64,000 bases of DNA, from IMG/VR virus record IMGVR_UViG_3300031998_000028, positions 1-64,000 of that record; one strand, 5' to 3'. This document shows, one piece after another, positions 25,184 through 35,170 of the stretch. A program made the position numbers and the translations under genes. The notes under the pieces are model-generated. The model did no database searches. It was not told the DNA's origin and saw nothing but the letters and a program-made list of their open reading frames with translations. This DNA comes from a virus. Taxonomy: Duplodnaviria; Caudoviricetes. Numbering within the stretch: position 1 is the stretch's first letter; every line of letters starts with the position of its first letter.

Positions 25184-25417
25184 TTATCCATAATAACCAC
25201 CATCTGGAGGGTCTCGTTTGTATTCACTACAATTTCCATCTATATCTATATTAGAGCAAGTATTTTCATAAGCACATTTATGACAACGACTTACTGCTGG
25301 TCTAGATTTTATTTGTTGGCATTTCAAATTATATAAAATATTTATTGCTTCTTCATAACTAGAACATATACAATGTTTACGTTCCATATTATAATCTATA
25401 ATTATTTCTATTTTCAT
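25184..25417 (-). CDS. Small Cys-rich hypothetical protein
   Basis: ATGA overlap with the primase stop; CHKC...C...C. Confidence 0.55.
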   Translation of the reverse strand: MKIEIIIDYNMERKHCICSSYEEAINILYNLKCQQIKSRPAVSRCHKCAYENTCSNIDIDGNCSEYKRDPPDGGYYG

Positions 25418-26457
25418 ACACGTACCCTTTTCCATAAAAGTTGTTTGAAGACTTCTTCTCCGTGGTCACTTGGACTATCTTTTAGTCGAAGTAATCTTTC
25501 TCTATCATATATAAAACTAAAGTTGCAATACATATTATACTTTTGGCACAAAGTATAAAGGTGATTAAAATAAGTATCATCTTTTGGTTCTTCTTCACTG
25601 TCAAAACATATTACAATTTCTTGGGGATGACATTCACGTATTAGAATATCCAGTGCATATTTATTTAATTTTGAACCGCACACAGCGGCCGCGCAGTTTA
25701 ACATCTGAAAAGACTCAAATTGAAGAACTGATTTTTCCGCTTCAAAAAGATATGCAATTCCACTTCGTTTAATATTTTCTTTTGTGATATTAAGTCCATA
25801 TAGATTAAGACTTAGTGGGTGACTATACCATTTGTCTTCTATTTGAACTGGCATATACTTTCCTACATTTTCAATCTCCCATGGATTCAGCGCGCGGCCT
25901 CTAATTCCAATCAAACGACCATTTACGTCATAATGGGGGATTATAATTTTATTTTGCGAAGGAGAATATTTAATATTAAATTTGTCCATGGCCGCGCGCG
26001 AGATGCCATCATTAAGCCATTCGATTGGATAGTACTTTACGAATACATCTAAGATTCCTTCGGGATAAGCCGGAAGCTCTCTTCTAATTTTCTTTTGACT
26101 ATAATCGTCTTGGATACTTTTATACTTGTTTGCGTCTTCAGCATTAAACGAGATATTAGAACAGTCAAGAATTACTCGAAGTATATCATTATACCAGTCA
26201 TATTCATAATTGCGTGTTTCATAAAACCGCTTTAAGAATGAAAAGATTGACATCGCGCCATCTTCGGTATAGCATTGAAAGATATGAGTATTCTTATAAT
26301 AATAAAGTTTCCAAGAAGCATCATCAATATCTGCATGATGGCACACAGTTGGCATTATGATATAGCTTCCCTTTTCTTCAAAAGGAATTTGAAGCTTATC
26401 AAGTAATGCTTTTACTTTATTGTCATCAAGTTGTTCAATTATTTCTTCGTAATTCAT
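25414..26457 (-). CDS. DNA primase (Zn-finger + TOPRIM)
   Basis: CHH...CYT Zn-binding region, IIIPH...GRAL, LYGL, FEAEKS, CFDSE; follows DnaB. Confidence 0.82.
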   Translation of the reverse strand: MNYEEIIEQLDDNKVKALLDKLQIPFEEKGSYIIMPTVCHHADIDDASWKLYYYKNTHIFQCYTEDGAMSIFSFLKRFYETRNYEYDWYNDILRVILDCSNISFNAEDANKYKSIQDDYSQKKIRRELPAYPEGILDVFVKYYPIEWLNDGISRAAMDKFNIKYSPSQNKIIIPHYDVNGRLIGIRGRALNPWEIENVGKYMPVQIEDKWYSHPLSLNLYGLNITKENIKRSGIAYLFEAEKSVLQFESFQMLNCAAAVCGSKLNKYALDILIRECHPQEIVICFDSEEEPKDDTYFNHLYTLCQKYNMYCNFSFIYDRERLLRLKDSPSDHGEEVFKQLLWKRVRV

Positions 26458-27998
26458 TGAATCTTCTCTATCTCTTTTAATTCTTCTTGCCAGTTGTTGC
26501 TTTCCCAATCAATCTCATATATAAAATGTTTCTCATACTGGTCAATAACTTCCATTCGTGAATCCGTCATATACAAATCTTTCTTTCGTAGATTACCAAG
26601 GTCTACATAGCTCCAAATGCGAACTTGCGACCATTCGCCACTACGAACTTTATAAATATCAGTTACAATATTTGGAATTTCGCGGCCCAGCCCCACAAAG
26701 AAGTCTTGTTCTTCTTTAGTTGGACGTGCCATAACCATACCAACATCTGCTTTATTAATGACTGCGCGCGAACCAGCAATTGAGGATTCATTTCGGATTG
26801 TCGTATTAGAATCTGCATTTGCATTTACCTGCGTTGAGGTAAACATACACACATTCAACTCTACAGCTATATCTTTAAGTGCAGTTGAGAACATTAAGAG
26901 GATTTCGTCGTTTCTTAAACTTACGCCTCTAAATTCACTCAAAAGACTTGGAGATATAAAGATATAGTCGTAAAATACGTATTCAATATCATGAAGTAAT
27001 ACTTGTTCTCTTACAATGTTCTTTACTAAGTCAATACGAGGGTTTGGCATTTGCACAATAAAGAAATTATCTTGATATTCTTTCATTATCCATAGAGCCT
27101 GTTTAATGATTTGAACTTCTTTATCTGTAAAATTACCATAACGAAATTTAGACTCATTAAAACCAGTAAGATACGCCAAAATCATTTTCTGAATTTCAGG
27201 AATCGTTTGCTCTGTTGCAATAAACAAAACTTTTTTACCTGAGCCGCAAATAATCCACTCTTTCTTAAAGTGGTCATATCTAAAAGGATAAGCAATTAGA
27301 CACGCATCACCAACAGCTTGACGAGTTTTACCTGTACCGCTACCAGCGCTTCGAATTACCAATGTACCCAACCGCGCGCCGGCCATGACTTCATTTAGAA
27401 TATCACCTTGAACCGGGACTCCAATGTCAGAGCCTTGGACGGCCGCGTCAATAATATTTTGAATATTAGTAAAAGCACTTTCAGTTTGAGTAACTTCATT
27501 TTGTATAAAACTATGTTCAATAAGTAATAGTTTCTTCTTTATAGTATCAAGAATATCATCTACTTCAAGCTCTTCAAAATTTTTATTTACGTCAAGAGCT
27601 TCTGGACGAGTAAGGTCTTCGATATAAAACTCATCTGTATTAATGCCCTCTTTTTGAAGCCTATTAAGTAGATTTACTTTTTTAAGACGCTTATAGTAAA
27701 AAGAAAAATTACGTTCATCAGCTAAGAAATCTGCGTCTTGAAGAAATTCAATACCATTATTCTTTTTGAATAACGTCGCGGCTGCCCCATTAGATTGTAA
27801 ATAGTTTTCTACATCTATTGGTTGTATGCGCAAGGCGCCGCCGCGATATAAACTATCAATTGCTGCAAAAATATATTTATCAAAACGAGAAGTAAAGTCA
27901 TCAAGTGTTAAGAGATACTTATCAGTTTCAGATAGATATTGTGGATGCTTCATTAAGGAACCAAAGATTTGCAGGGTAGAATTTTTATCAACTATCAT
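26454..27998 (-). CDS. dnaB: Replicative DnaB-like helicase
   Basis: Walker A SAGSGTGKT, ATEQ, FYDYI, TSTQVN, KADVG. Confidence 0.88.
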   Translation of the reverse strand: MIVDKNSTLQIFGSLMKHPQYLSETDKYLLTLDDFTSRFDKYIFAAIDSLYRGGALRIQPIDVENYLQSNGAAATLFKKNNGIEFLQDADFLADERNFSFYYKRLKKVNLLNRLQKEGINTDEFYIEDLTRPEALDVNKNFEELEVDDILDTIKKKLLLIEHSFIQNEVTQTESAFTNIQNIIDAAVQGSDIGVPVQGDILNEVMAGARLGTLVIRSAGSGTGKTRQAVGDACLIAYPFRYDHFKKEWIICGSGKKVLFIATEQTIPEIQKMILAYLTGFNESKFRYGNFTDKEVQIIKQALWIMKEYQDNFFIVQMPNPRIDLVKNIVREQVLLHDIEYVFYDYIFISPSLLSEFRGVSLRNDEILLMFSTALKDIAVELNVCMFTSTQVNANADSNTTIRNESSIAGSRAVINKADVGMVMARPTKEEQDFFVGLGREIPNIVTDIYKVRSGEWSQVRIWSYVDLGNLRKKDLYMTDSRMEVIDQYEKHFIYEIDWESNNWQEELKEIEKIQ

Positions 27999-28536
27999 CT
28001 TCTGCTCCTATATCATCAAGATTATATTTTACTTTTGGTTTTTGAACAGTTGGTTTTGTAATTTTCTTTACTGGACGATGACTTCTTTCAAATATCTGCT
28101 CTTCAATAGCTTTTAAGAAACCGCGCTTCTTCCATTCTTGGTCAGTCCAATATTCTGTTGCTTCTTTATAAACATATGGTACAATACCAATTCCACCATT
28201 ACCTTTATCCCAAGCGTTATGCTTGATTTCATAAAAATACTTTAGTGTAAAGTAAATACCTTTATTTGTAAAACGATTTTCTTTCAAGAACTTCTTGCGC
28301 TGTGCTTCACACATATGGTAATTATAACTTACTTTGAGGTCGCGCGCGAGAAAGTCATAGATTAATAGACTCCAATCATCATCATCTTTATTAGTAATCT
28401 CTGTATTTTTCCAATTTTGATAACATTCTGTATGGTAATAAAAATTCTTAGATGGCATTATCCATTGGTCAGGTGCTAAAACTTCAGTATCAAAACATTT
28501 CTTACAAACTCTACACATTACTATATGTTTTGCCAT
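27988..28536 (-). CDS. Zn-binding replication accessory protein (possible helicase loader)
   Basis: CRVC...HTEC, GIGIVPYVY; immediately upstream of dnaB. Confidence 0.55.
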   Translation of the reverse strand: MAKHIVMCRVCKKCFDTEVLAPDQWIMPSKNFYYHTECYQNWKNTEITNKDDDDWSLLIYDFLARDLKVSYNYHMCEAQRKKFLKENRFTNKGIYFTLKYFYEIKHNAWDKGNGGIGIVPYVYKEATEYWTDQEWKKRGFLKAIEEQIFERSHRPVKKITKPTVQKPKVKYNLDDIGAEDDS

Positions 28537-28574
28537 CTTACCACTTCCTTTCATAGATATTTCCTTCTAATTAT

Positions 28575-28603
28575 ATTATACCACAATTTTACAGTTTTGT
28601 CAA
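28575..28603 (-). promoter_or_regulatory. sigmaA-type promoter for the dnaB/primase/recJ operon
   Basis: TTGACA-N17-TATAAT with TG. Confidence 0.85.
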
Positions 28604-28607
28604 ATTT

Positions 28608-28633
28608 AAAAAGCGTAGGATATACCTACGCTT
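28608..28633 (-). terminator. Intrinsic terminator after the AAA ATPase
   Basis: AAGCGTAGG-N5-CCTACGCTT followed by a U-tract on the minus strand. Confidence 0.75.
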
Positions 28634-28651
28634 CTGTGTTTTGTTATTTAT

Positions 28652-29632
28652 TTAAAGCATATCGCTCATTTCATCAACAACTAGTTGAAGTAGCTCTACT
28701 TGGTCTTCTGTGAACTCACTTAGCTTCATTCTGCGGCCCATCGTCATCTCAATCTTCTTGAGAATTTCTGCAGCGACTTCGGGTTTTGCATTATCGCCTT
28801 CTCCTACAAGTTTCTGCCATAGGCCTGCGGCCTTAGCACGAACCTCAGAGAAATCAAGCTTTTCAATTGTAGAAGTTAATGCAGCGCTATCAACTACTTT
28901 AACTCCATCCTCTTTTTCAGACCGCTCAATAGCTTCGGTAATTGCAGCGACTAGTTCATCATATCCAAATGGAATTTTCGGTTTCATATACTTAAAGCGA
29001 CTTCCAGCAAAAAGCGTCGGAGTTTCTCTTGTGTATAGATAACGCTTTGCTACTCCATCTTCCCATTCGGTTCCGATATAACCAATAATATCTACAATAC
29101 CATTACAAATTTCCGCCGCGCGCTTTGGAAGGTCGGGGTAAATAATTTCAATTTCACTTCCATCAGCGTTCTTCTCGATGCGGGAAGCATTGTGCGCAAT
29201 CAATACAACACCATAACCAAGCATTGTAATTTTTCTCAAAGAGTTTTCAAACTCTTTCTTTGCTGCGCTATAGCCTCCGCCCCACGGAATATCACCGATT
29301 TTTTGTACGCCATTCTGACGGCAAATAAATTGTTCACATTGGTCCCATGCAATAGATACAGTATCTACTACAATCGTGCTATATAGCTCTTTTGCTTCTG
29401 GCTTTTCAAGCTATCTTAGTACAGCTTTAAAATCACTCCAACTGTTGATGTCTTGAGCCATTACTCCGCCCAAACCATTATAACCACGCTCGAAGGCGCA
29501 TAGAAGCGCCTTCGGGAATGAGGCAGCAGCGGTAGTTTTACCACTTTTTTCTTTACCATAAATTAGCACATATTTACCTTTAAGGTCTCGGCTAATTACG
29601 GATGGCTTAATACTAAAAATATCTACTGCCAT
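28652..29632 (-). CDS. Sak4/AAA_24-like ssDNA-annealing ATPase (326 aa; single TAG at 29411-29413)
   Basis: Walker A GKEKSGKT, Walker B IVVDT, LIAH, DIIGY, AGSRF; the two track ORFs join in frame through one TAG. Confidence 0.85.
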
Positions 29633-29645
29633 AGATTAGGCCTCC

Positions 29646-30563
29646 TTAGAAGCCCAAATCAAACTGCTGCTTCGAAGTTGTACCAGCAGGGGCGGGCGCA
29701 GACTTCGTTGTGGCCTTATCCTTCAAAGACTCAATATAAGCTTTATGCTCTTTAAGAGCAGCAGCTAGTTCAGCTGGGTCAAATGCCGCATCGTCTTCCA
29801 TAGGAGCCTGGGTTCCCTTGGTAACGATAAGCTCACTTACGGTAATGGTACGAATGTGCTCTTCCGGCTCACCAAAATCCATCTCCTCAATAATAGTTTG
29901 AGTAGTGGTAGTGAAGTTCAAGCGACCCTTTGCGGTATAAGTCTTACCATTCTCCCAATAGGTAGTGATGGCATCAATAACTTTAGGATTGGTTGCATAC
30001 ATTTCAAGAGTATCGACCTTTCCGCCATACTGGGGGACAATTGCCTTAATGCGAAGCTTCTTAGGCTCAACCTCAACGCCGTCCTTGTCGGTTACAAAAT
30101 CGAGAGAAGAAACAGCAAACTCAAGAGAGAAAGATGCTTCTGGACGGAACTCGTTAGTTGCCTTAGAAATAAAAGACGCATTAATACGTGGGAAAGATAC
30201 AAACTGGCCCTGCTGATTCCAATACTCATTCATGCGAATGTTACCATTGGTGATACGTACCTTATCCGCGCCAACCTTTCCGCCGGCCGCAGCAATAGAT
30301 ACATAGCTAGTCATAACCTGCTCGATGTTCTCATAAGCAGGATTAAGCTTACCAGCATTGGTATACTTGGAAGCAAACATATAAACAGGAATATCAAGAG
30401 CGACATCTTCACCGTTAATATTCTGCTCTACCAATACCTTGATATGTCCACCGATATTATCAACGGACGCACCAGTGTTCTTGTTTACATATGAACCATA
30501 CTTAAGATTAATTTCTGAAAGGATTCCTTCAATACGTACTTTGTTTTCTGCTTGTCTCAACAT
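29646..30563 (-). CDS. Putative ssDNA-binding protein
   Basis: Beta-rich two-domain protein with Pro/Ala linker and QFDLGF tail, next to the Sak4-like ATPase; codon usage typical of high expression. Confidence 0.6.
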   Translation of the reverse strand: MLRQAENKVRIEGILSEINLKYGSYVNKNTGASVDNIGGHIKVLVEQNINGEDVALDIPVYMFASKYTNAGKLNPAYENIEQVMTSYVSIAAAGGKVGADKVRITNGNIRMNEYWNQQGQFVSFPRINASFISKATNEFRPEASFSLEFAVSSLDFVTDKDGVEVEPKKLRIKAIVPQYGGKVDTLEMYATNPKVIDAITTYWENGKTYTAKGRLNFTTTTQTIIEEMDFGEPEEHIRTITVSELIVTKGTQAPMEDDAAFDPAELAAALKEHKAYIESLKDKATTKSAPAPAGTTSKQQFDLGF

Positions 30564-30628
30564 TATTTTTTCTCCTAGATTCTTAATTTTGTTAAATACT
30601 TTTAGGGAGTCTTTCGGCTCCCATACTA

Positions 30629-30880
30629 TTACTCTTCACCCTGTACGAAATTCATACCAGTGTCAGTAAGCTGAACATAGGTAAGGGGCTTCTCTTCGCC
30701 AGGAACCTCAACCTTCTCACGAATAGCAAGCTCATGCTTTACGAGAGAGTTGACACGACCGGTAATAGAAGCGATTTTGTCGCAATTAAGAGCAACACGC
30801 ATCTCCTCAGTAGTAGCGCGGCCGCCATGTGCCTGTAGGTACTCAAGAGCCTCAAAAGTCTTTTCAGTTAACTTAGCCAT
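30629..30880 (-). CDS. Small winged-helix DNA-binding protein
   Basis: SITGRVNSLVKHELA...YVQLTDTG wHTH pattern; AAGGAG SD. Confidence 0.65.
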   Translation of the reverse strand: MAKLTEKTFEALEYLQAHGGRATTEEMRVALNCDKIASITGRVNSLVKHELAIREKVEVPGEEKPLTYVQLTDTGMNFVQGEE

Positions 30881-30998
30881 AATTTCATTCTCCTTTTTCT
30901 TTAAATAAATTTTTTTATTTATAAGGCGGCTGACCTTATATTTGTTATTAAAATGAAAGGAATTTGTAATTTTTTGTTACTTCTCACTTTCTATTTAT

Positions 30999-31027
30999 AT
31001 TATAACATAAATTTTCATTAAAATCAA
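30999..31027 (-). promoter_or_regulatory. sigmaA-type promoter for the wHTH/SSB/ATPase operon
   Basis: TTGATT-N17-TATAAT with TG. Confidence 0.75.
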
Positions 31028-31030
31028 ATT

Positions 31031-31582
31031 TTAATAAATAAATTTTGATATGGTAGAAACTAATAGGTGATTAAACATTAGATGAATATCTTCTGTTATT
31101 TGCATATTATTAATTGGCGCCCATAGATTAATATGTGCTAATTGTTTTAATTTTCCGCCATCGTATCCAGTTAAGCCAATAACAGTGGCCCCATGCCCTA
31201 AAGCATAAGTTACTGCATTAATTACATTGGGTGAATTGCCACTACCAGATATAGCAATAATAATATCGCTAGATTTAACGCGTCCGCGCAATTGATGACG
31301 AAATACCTCTTCATAAGAAATATCATTTGCTATTGCCATGATAGTTGCTATATTATCATTTAAACAAAAGCAATTAGCATTTAAAATTTTATTAAAGTCA
31401 TTTGTTAGATGAGAAGCTGTTGAAGCGCTACCACCGTTTCCAAAACAATAAATACATCTTTGATATTGTACTGCTTCATATAAAAGTGCAGCAGCCTTCT
31501 CTATTTCTACCATATCAAGATTTTTTAATACGTCAATTTCTTGAGCCAAATAATTACCTAAAGTTTCTTCAAAAACTATCAT
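31031..31582 (-). CDS. gmhA: Sedoheptulose-7-phosphate isomerase (SIS domain)
   Basis: GNGGSAS, AIANDISYEEVF, ISGSGNSPNV, LTGYDGG, QITEDIH. Confidence 0.92.
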   Translation of the reverse strand: MIVFEETLGNYLAQEIDVLKNLDMVEIEKAAALLYEAVQYQRCIYCFGNGGSASTASHLTNDFNKILNANCFCLNDNIATIMAIANDISYEEVFRHQLRGRVKSSDIIIAISGSGNSPNVINAVTYALGHGATVIGLTGYDGGKLKQLAHINLWAPINNMQITEDIHLMFNHLLVSTISKFIY

Positions 31583-32796
31583 AAAATTTTCCTCACCGCA
31601 TCTAATATGTCTACTGCGTCTTGTGGAATTATAATGGGTTTAACACCTACATTAATACCAGCTTGTTTATCTCGTTCTGCGTCTCCAATAATCCATGATT
31701 GCGACAAGTCAATATTATATCGCTTGGCCGCCTTCAACAGAAGACCTGGTTTCGGTTTTCGACAATCACAGTCAATTTTGTATTCTTTATTTTCGTCTGG
31801 ATACCCTCTATCTTGGTGATGAGGACAGAAAAATATATCATTAAGATATGCTCCCTCTCGACCAAGTGAATCTTCTAGTTTGGCATGAATGTAATCTACA
31901 TCTTTCATCGAGCACATTCCGCGCGCGACTACTGATTGATTTGTTACTACAATGGCTAAGTATTCTGAATCATTAATAAGTCTTAGCGCGGCCGCAGCGT
32001 TTGGAAGGAGGGTTAATTGACTTGGATCAGATACAAGTCCGACCTCTTCATTAATTGTTCCATCTCTATCAAGAAAAATTGCTTTTTGTTTATTTTTAAG
32101 ATTTCGATGAAATGGAATATTATTAATTATATCATTACTTACTTGATAATATCTGTCTACTGTTCCTATATCTTTAACATATTCAGAAGATGAATAGGCG
32201 TACAAATATTCTAAATATGGCAAAATCTCTTTTTCTAAATCAACTTTTGCGTGGTCTGGAAAAACATTTAGAATGCTTTTGTTAAAAATGTAAATACCAG
32301 CATTTGTGCAATTATGTAGCCATTTATTTCGTGCTTGTCCTTTAAAGATAATTTGTCTTATACGATTATTTTCATCTAATTCAATTAAATCGGAATCATA
32401 TGGATGTGAATTGGGATGAACAAATAATGTACCTTCTCCCTTATGCTGATGATGAAAGTTAATCATACGTTGAAAATTAATATTAAAGAACAAATCTCCA
32501 TAAATTAGAAAAAAGTCATCATCTAACAGGTCTTGTATTATTGGTAAAGCACCAGCGGTTCCAAGCGGCTCGTCTTCTTCAAAATAACGTACTGTTCCGC
32601 CAAATTTATCAAGAATTAAATCTCCTAAATGTCCAACCACTACAATAATATCATCTATTCCATTCTCTTTTAAATTTTCAATTTGCTATTGAAGTAGTGG
32701 TTTCCCACAAATTTCAATCATTGGTTTTGGAATTTTATCTTGAGTGAGTGCTCTTAATCGAGTACCTTGGCCGCCGGCCATAATTACAGCTTGCAT
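31579..32796 (-). CDS. Heptose-1-phosphate guanylyltransferase (HddC-like) fused to heptose-1,7-bisphosphate phosphatase (GmhB); TAG at codon 37
   Basis: MAGGQGTRL...[24 protein letters not shown]; then [30 protein letters not shown]. Confidence 0.9.
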
Positions 32797-32799
32797 ACT

Positions 32800-33777
32800 T
32801 CACCTACTATCGTATATAACTTTAGTTCCGTCATCTTCAAAATTAAAAGGCATTTCTATTAAATCTAGTGCTTCTCTTAGCCGTGTTTGATGTGATTTTG
32901 GGCAATAAAATAATAGAAATCCACCGTTACCTGCACCTAATAATTTACCGCCAAGGGCGCCATTATGTATAGCAATATCATAATATTTATCAATAATGGG
33001 ATTTGCAATTTTACTTGCCAAGCTACGTTTTAATATCCAGTTAGTGTGTAGTAAAAATCCAATTTCATCTAAATTGCCTACGCTGAGGGCGCGCCGTGCA
33101 TCATAAACAAGGTCAGTCATTTGTAATAATTTATCAAATTTTTCTTTGTCATCAATAATATTTTGACTTTGCTCTTGTAAAATTTGATTTGCTGAATGAG
33201 TAATACCAGTATAGAATAGTAACAAATTATTATTTAACTCTTGCATTACGTCATATTTTAAATATATCGGCTTTACTTTTACTTCTTCATTTGGCAAAAA
33301 TTTAATCATTTTGATGCCGCCAATAGCGGTTCCATATTGGTCTTGTTTTCCAATTGGCTCTTTTAAGATATTTAGCTCTAACTCACACGCTTCTTCTGCT
33401 ATTTGCGCCTATGAATATAATTCATCTTTATAATTGTGTAAAGCATTTATTAAGCCCACTGTATACGCACTTGAGGTAGAAAGTCCTGTACCTGAAAGTA
33501 CATCTGCCATACTTGTAATTTCTACACCTTTAACGTTATGTTTTAATAATAGCTCGCGCGCGATTGGATGTTGTATATCATGTACATCCTATACAATTTC
33601 AGTTTTATTATACTTTACTATTGTATCTTGTTGATTAAAGGTAGGGTGTATCATAATATACATATATTTATTAATCGTTGTCGTTAATACACAACCTTCA
33701 TGTTGGTGATAGAATGATGGTAAATCTGTTCCACCACCAATGAGGCTCACGCGAAATGGAGTTCGTGTAATAATCAT
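32800..33777 (-). CDS. hddA: D-glycero-alpha-D-manno-heptose-7-phosphate kinase (GHMP); 2 TAG
   Basis: RTPFRVSLIGGGTD, GTGLSTSSA, IGKQDQY, GGKLLGAGNGGF; in frame through TAG. Confidence 0.9.
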
Positions 33778-35156
33778 ACGTCTATTTTTAAGGATAAGTG
33801 AGTATTAGAGCCAGGACGACGATAGTTGTAGAAATAAGATGGTATAGATAGATACAGGACTTCGTCTCGTGTATTTGCTTTCAATACCCGTTCCATAAAT
33901 TCATTATCTTCTTGAAAGCGTATGTCTGCAAAACGAAAATCTTTAATAAAATCATATTTAAAAATATATTGCCAAACCATTGAAAAGTGTTGCATCTTAA
34001 AATAATTACTAACGAAATTTATTTGCATTATGTTTTCGCCTGGGTTATTCCACAAACTATCCATACATTGTTGAATGATTTCGTGGTTAATAATCCAATC
34101 ATCACCATCAACAAACCATATATACTTACCTTTGGCATAGTCAAGGCCGTAGTTACGCGCGGCCGCGACAGTTTTACCGTGACTATAAAGAATTTGATAG
34201 TTCATATCAGACATATAGGAACTAATTATTTTTTCTGTCGAGTCTGTTTCAGTATCTAAAACAAAAAGAATTTCATATTTAATTCCTATAAAGTTTACTA
34301 TGTGAAAGCTAAGAAGTAGATTTTTAATATAATCTGGAATATTTTTGCACGGAACAATAATTGATATATCCAATGGTTGAGTTTCTTCAGCTTTTATCTG
34401 TTGCCAAACTTCATCATCATAAAGGTCTTTTACATAATATTGAGGCCATAGATAGAAATATTTATAACTTGAATTTTGATTATTCCAAAACTTATAATTA
34501 AGCATATGGTATATTTTGACATCTTCAATAGGTGGAATATTTTTATAGTTTATATTTCCAAAATTGTAAATAGTGTCAAGATATTTAATATACCCATCAC
34601 AAGCTAAATTTATAGCATCTTGGTCTGGCAAAGGTAACTTAATATTATTAAGTATAGAAAACCATTTATCGTCAATTTTATTTTCTCGAATGAACTTTAA
34701 ATTGAATAAAACCACACCGGAATTAATGTATTTACTTTTCTACATTTTCTTGCGTGGCGGCATACACCAATCCATTATTAGGTCTTCATCTCTATCTTCA
34801 GGCCAGGCCGCGATAGCATAATCAGACATATCCATATTCCATAATTCATCAAGATTACCTAATACTAAAGTGTCTATATCAAGATATAACACTTTATCTT
34901 CTTCTAAAAGTTGTGGCAGCCAACACCGAGACATTTGCATGGCATTGGCGCCACTATTTGGGCCATCTGATAATGGGAAATTTGGGATTTTATCTTTACT
35001 AATAATTTTTATATTTTTTGTTCTTTTAATACAATCAAGTGTTTCGTCTTCGGTAATAATATACACAAAGGCGTCTGGATTGTGCGTAAATAAAGAGTTT
35101 AATGCAGTAGGTAAATACTAATCTACATTACGACTCGAAGTATATACAACTATCAT
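33774..35156 (-). CDS. Bifunctional glycosyltransferase, GT8-like + GT2-like (460 aa; TAG at codon 13 and at 34740-34742)
   Basis: GT8 motifs YLDIDTLV, YINSGV, DQDAIN; GT2 motifs ISIIVP, AARNYGL, FVDGDDW, ED, YNYRRPGS. Confidence 0.88.
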
Positions 35157-35170
35157 TTTATCGTCTCCAT

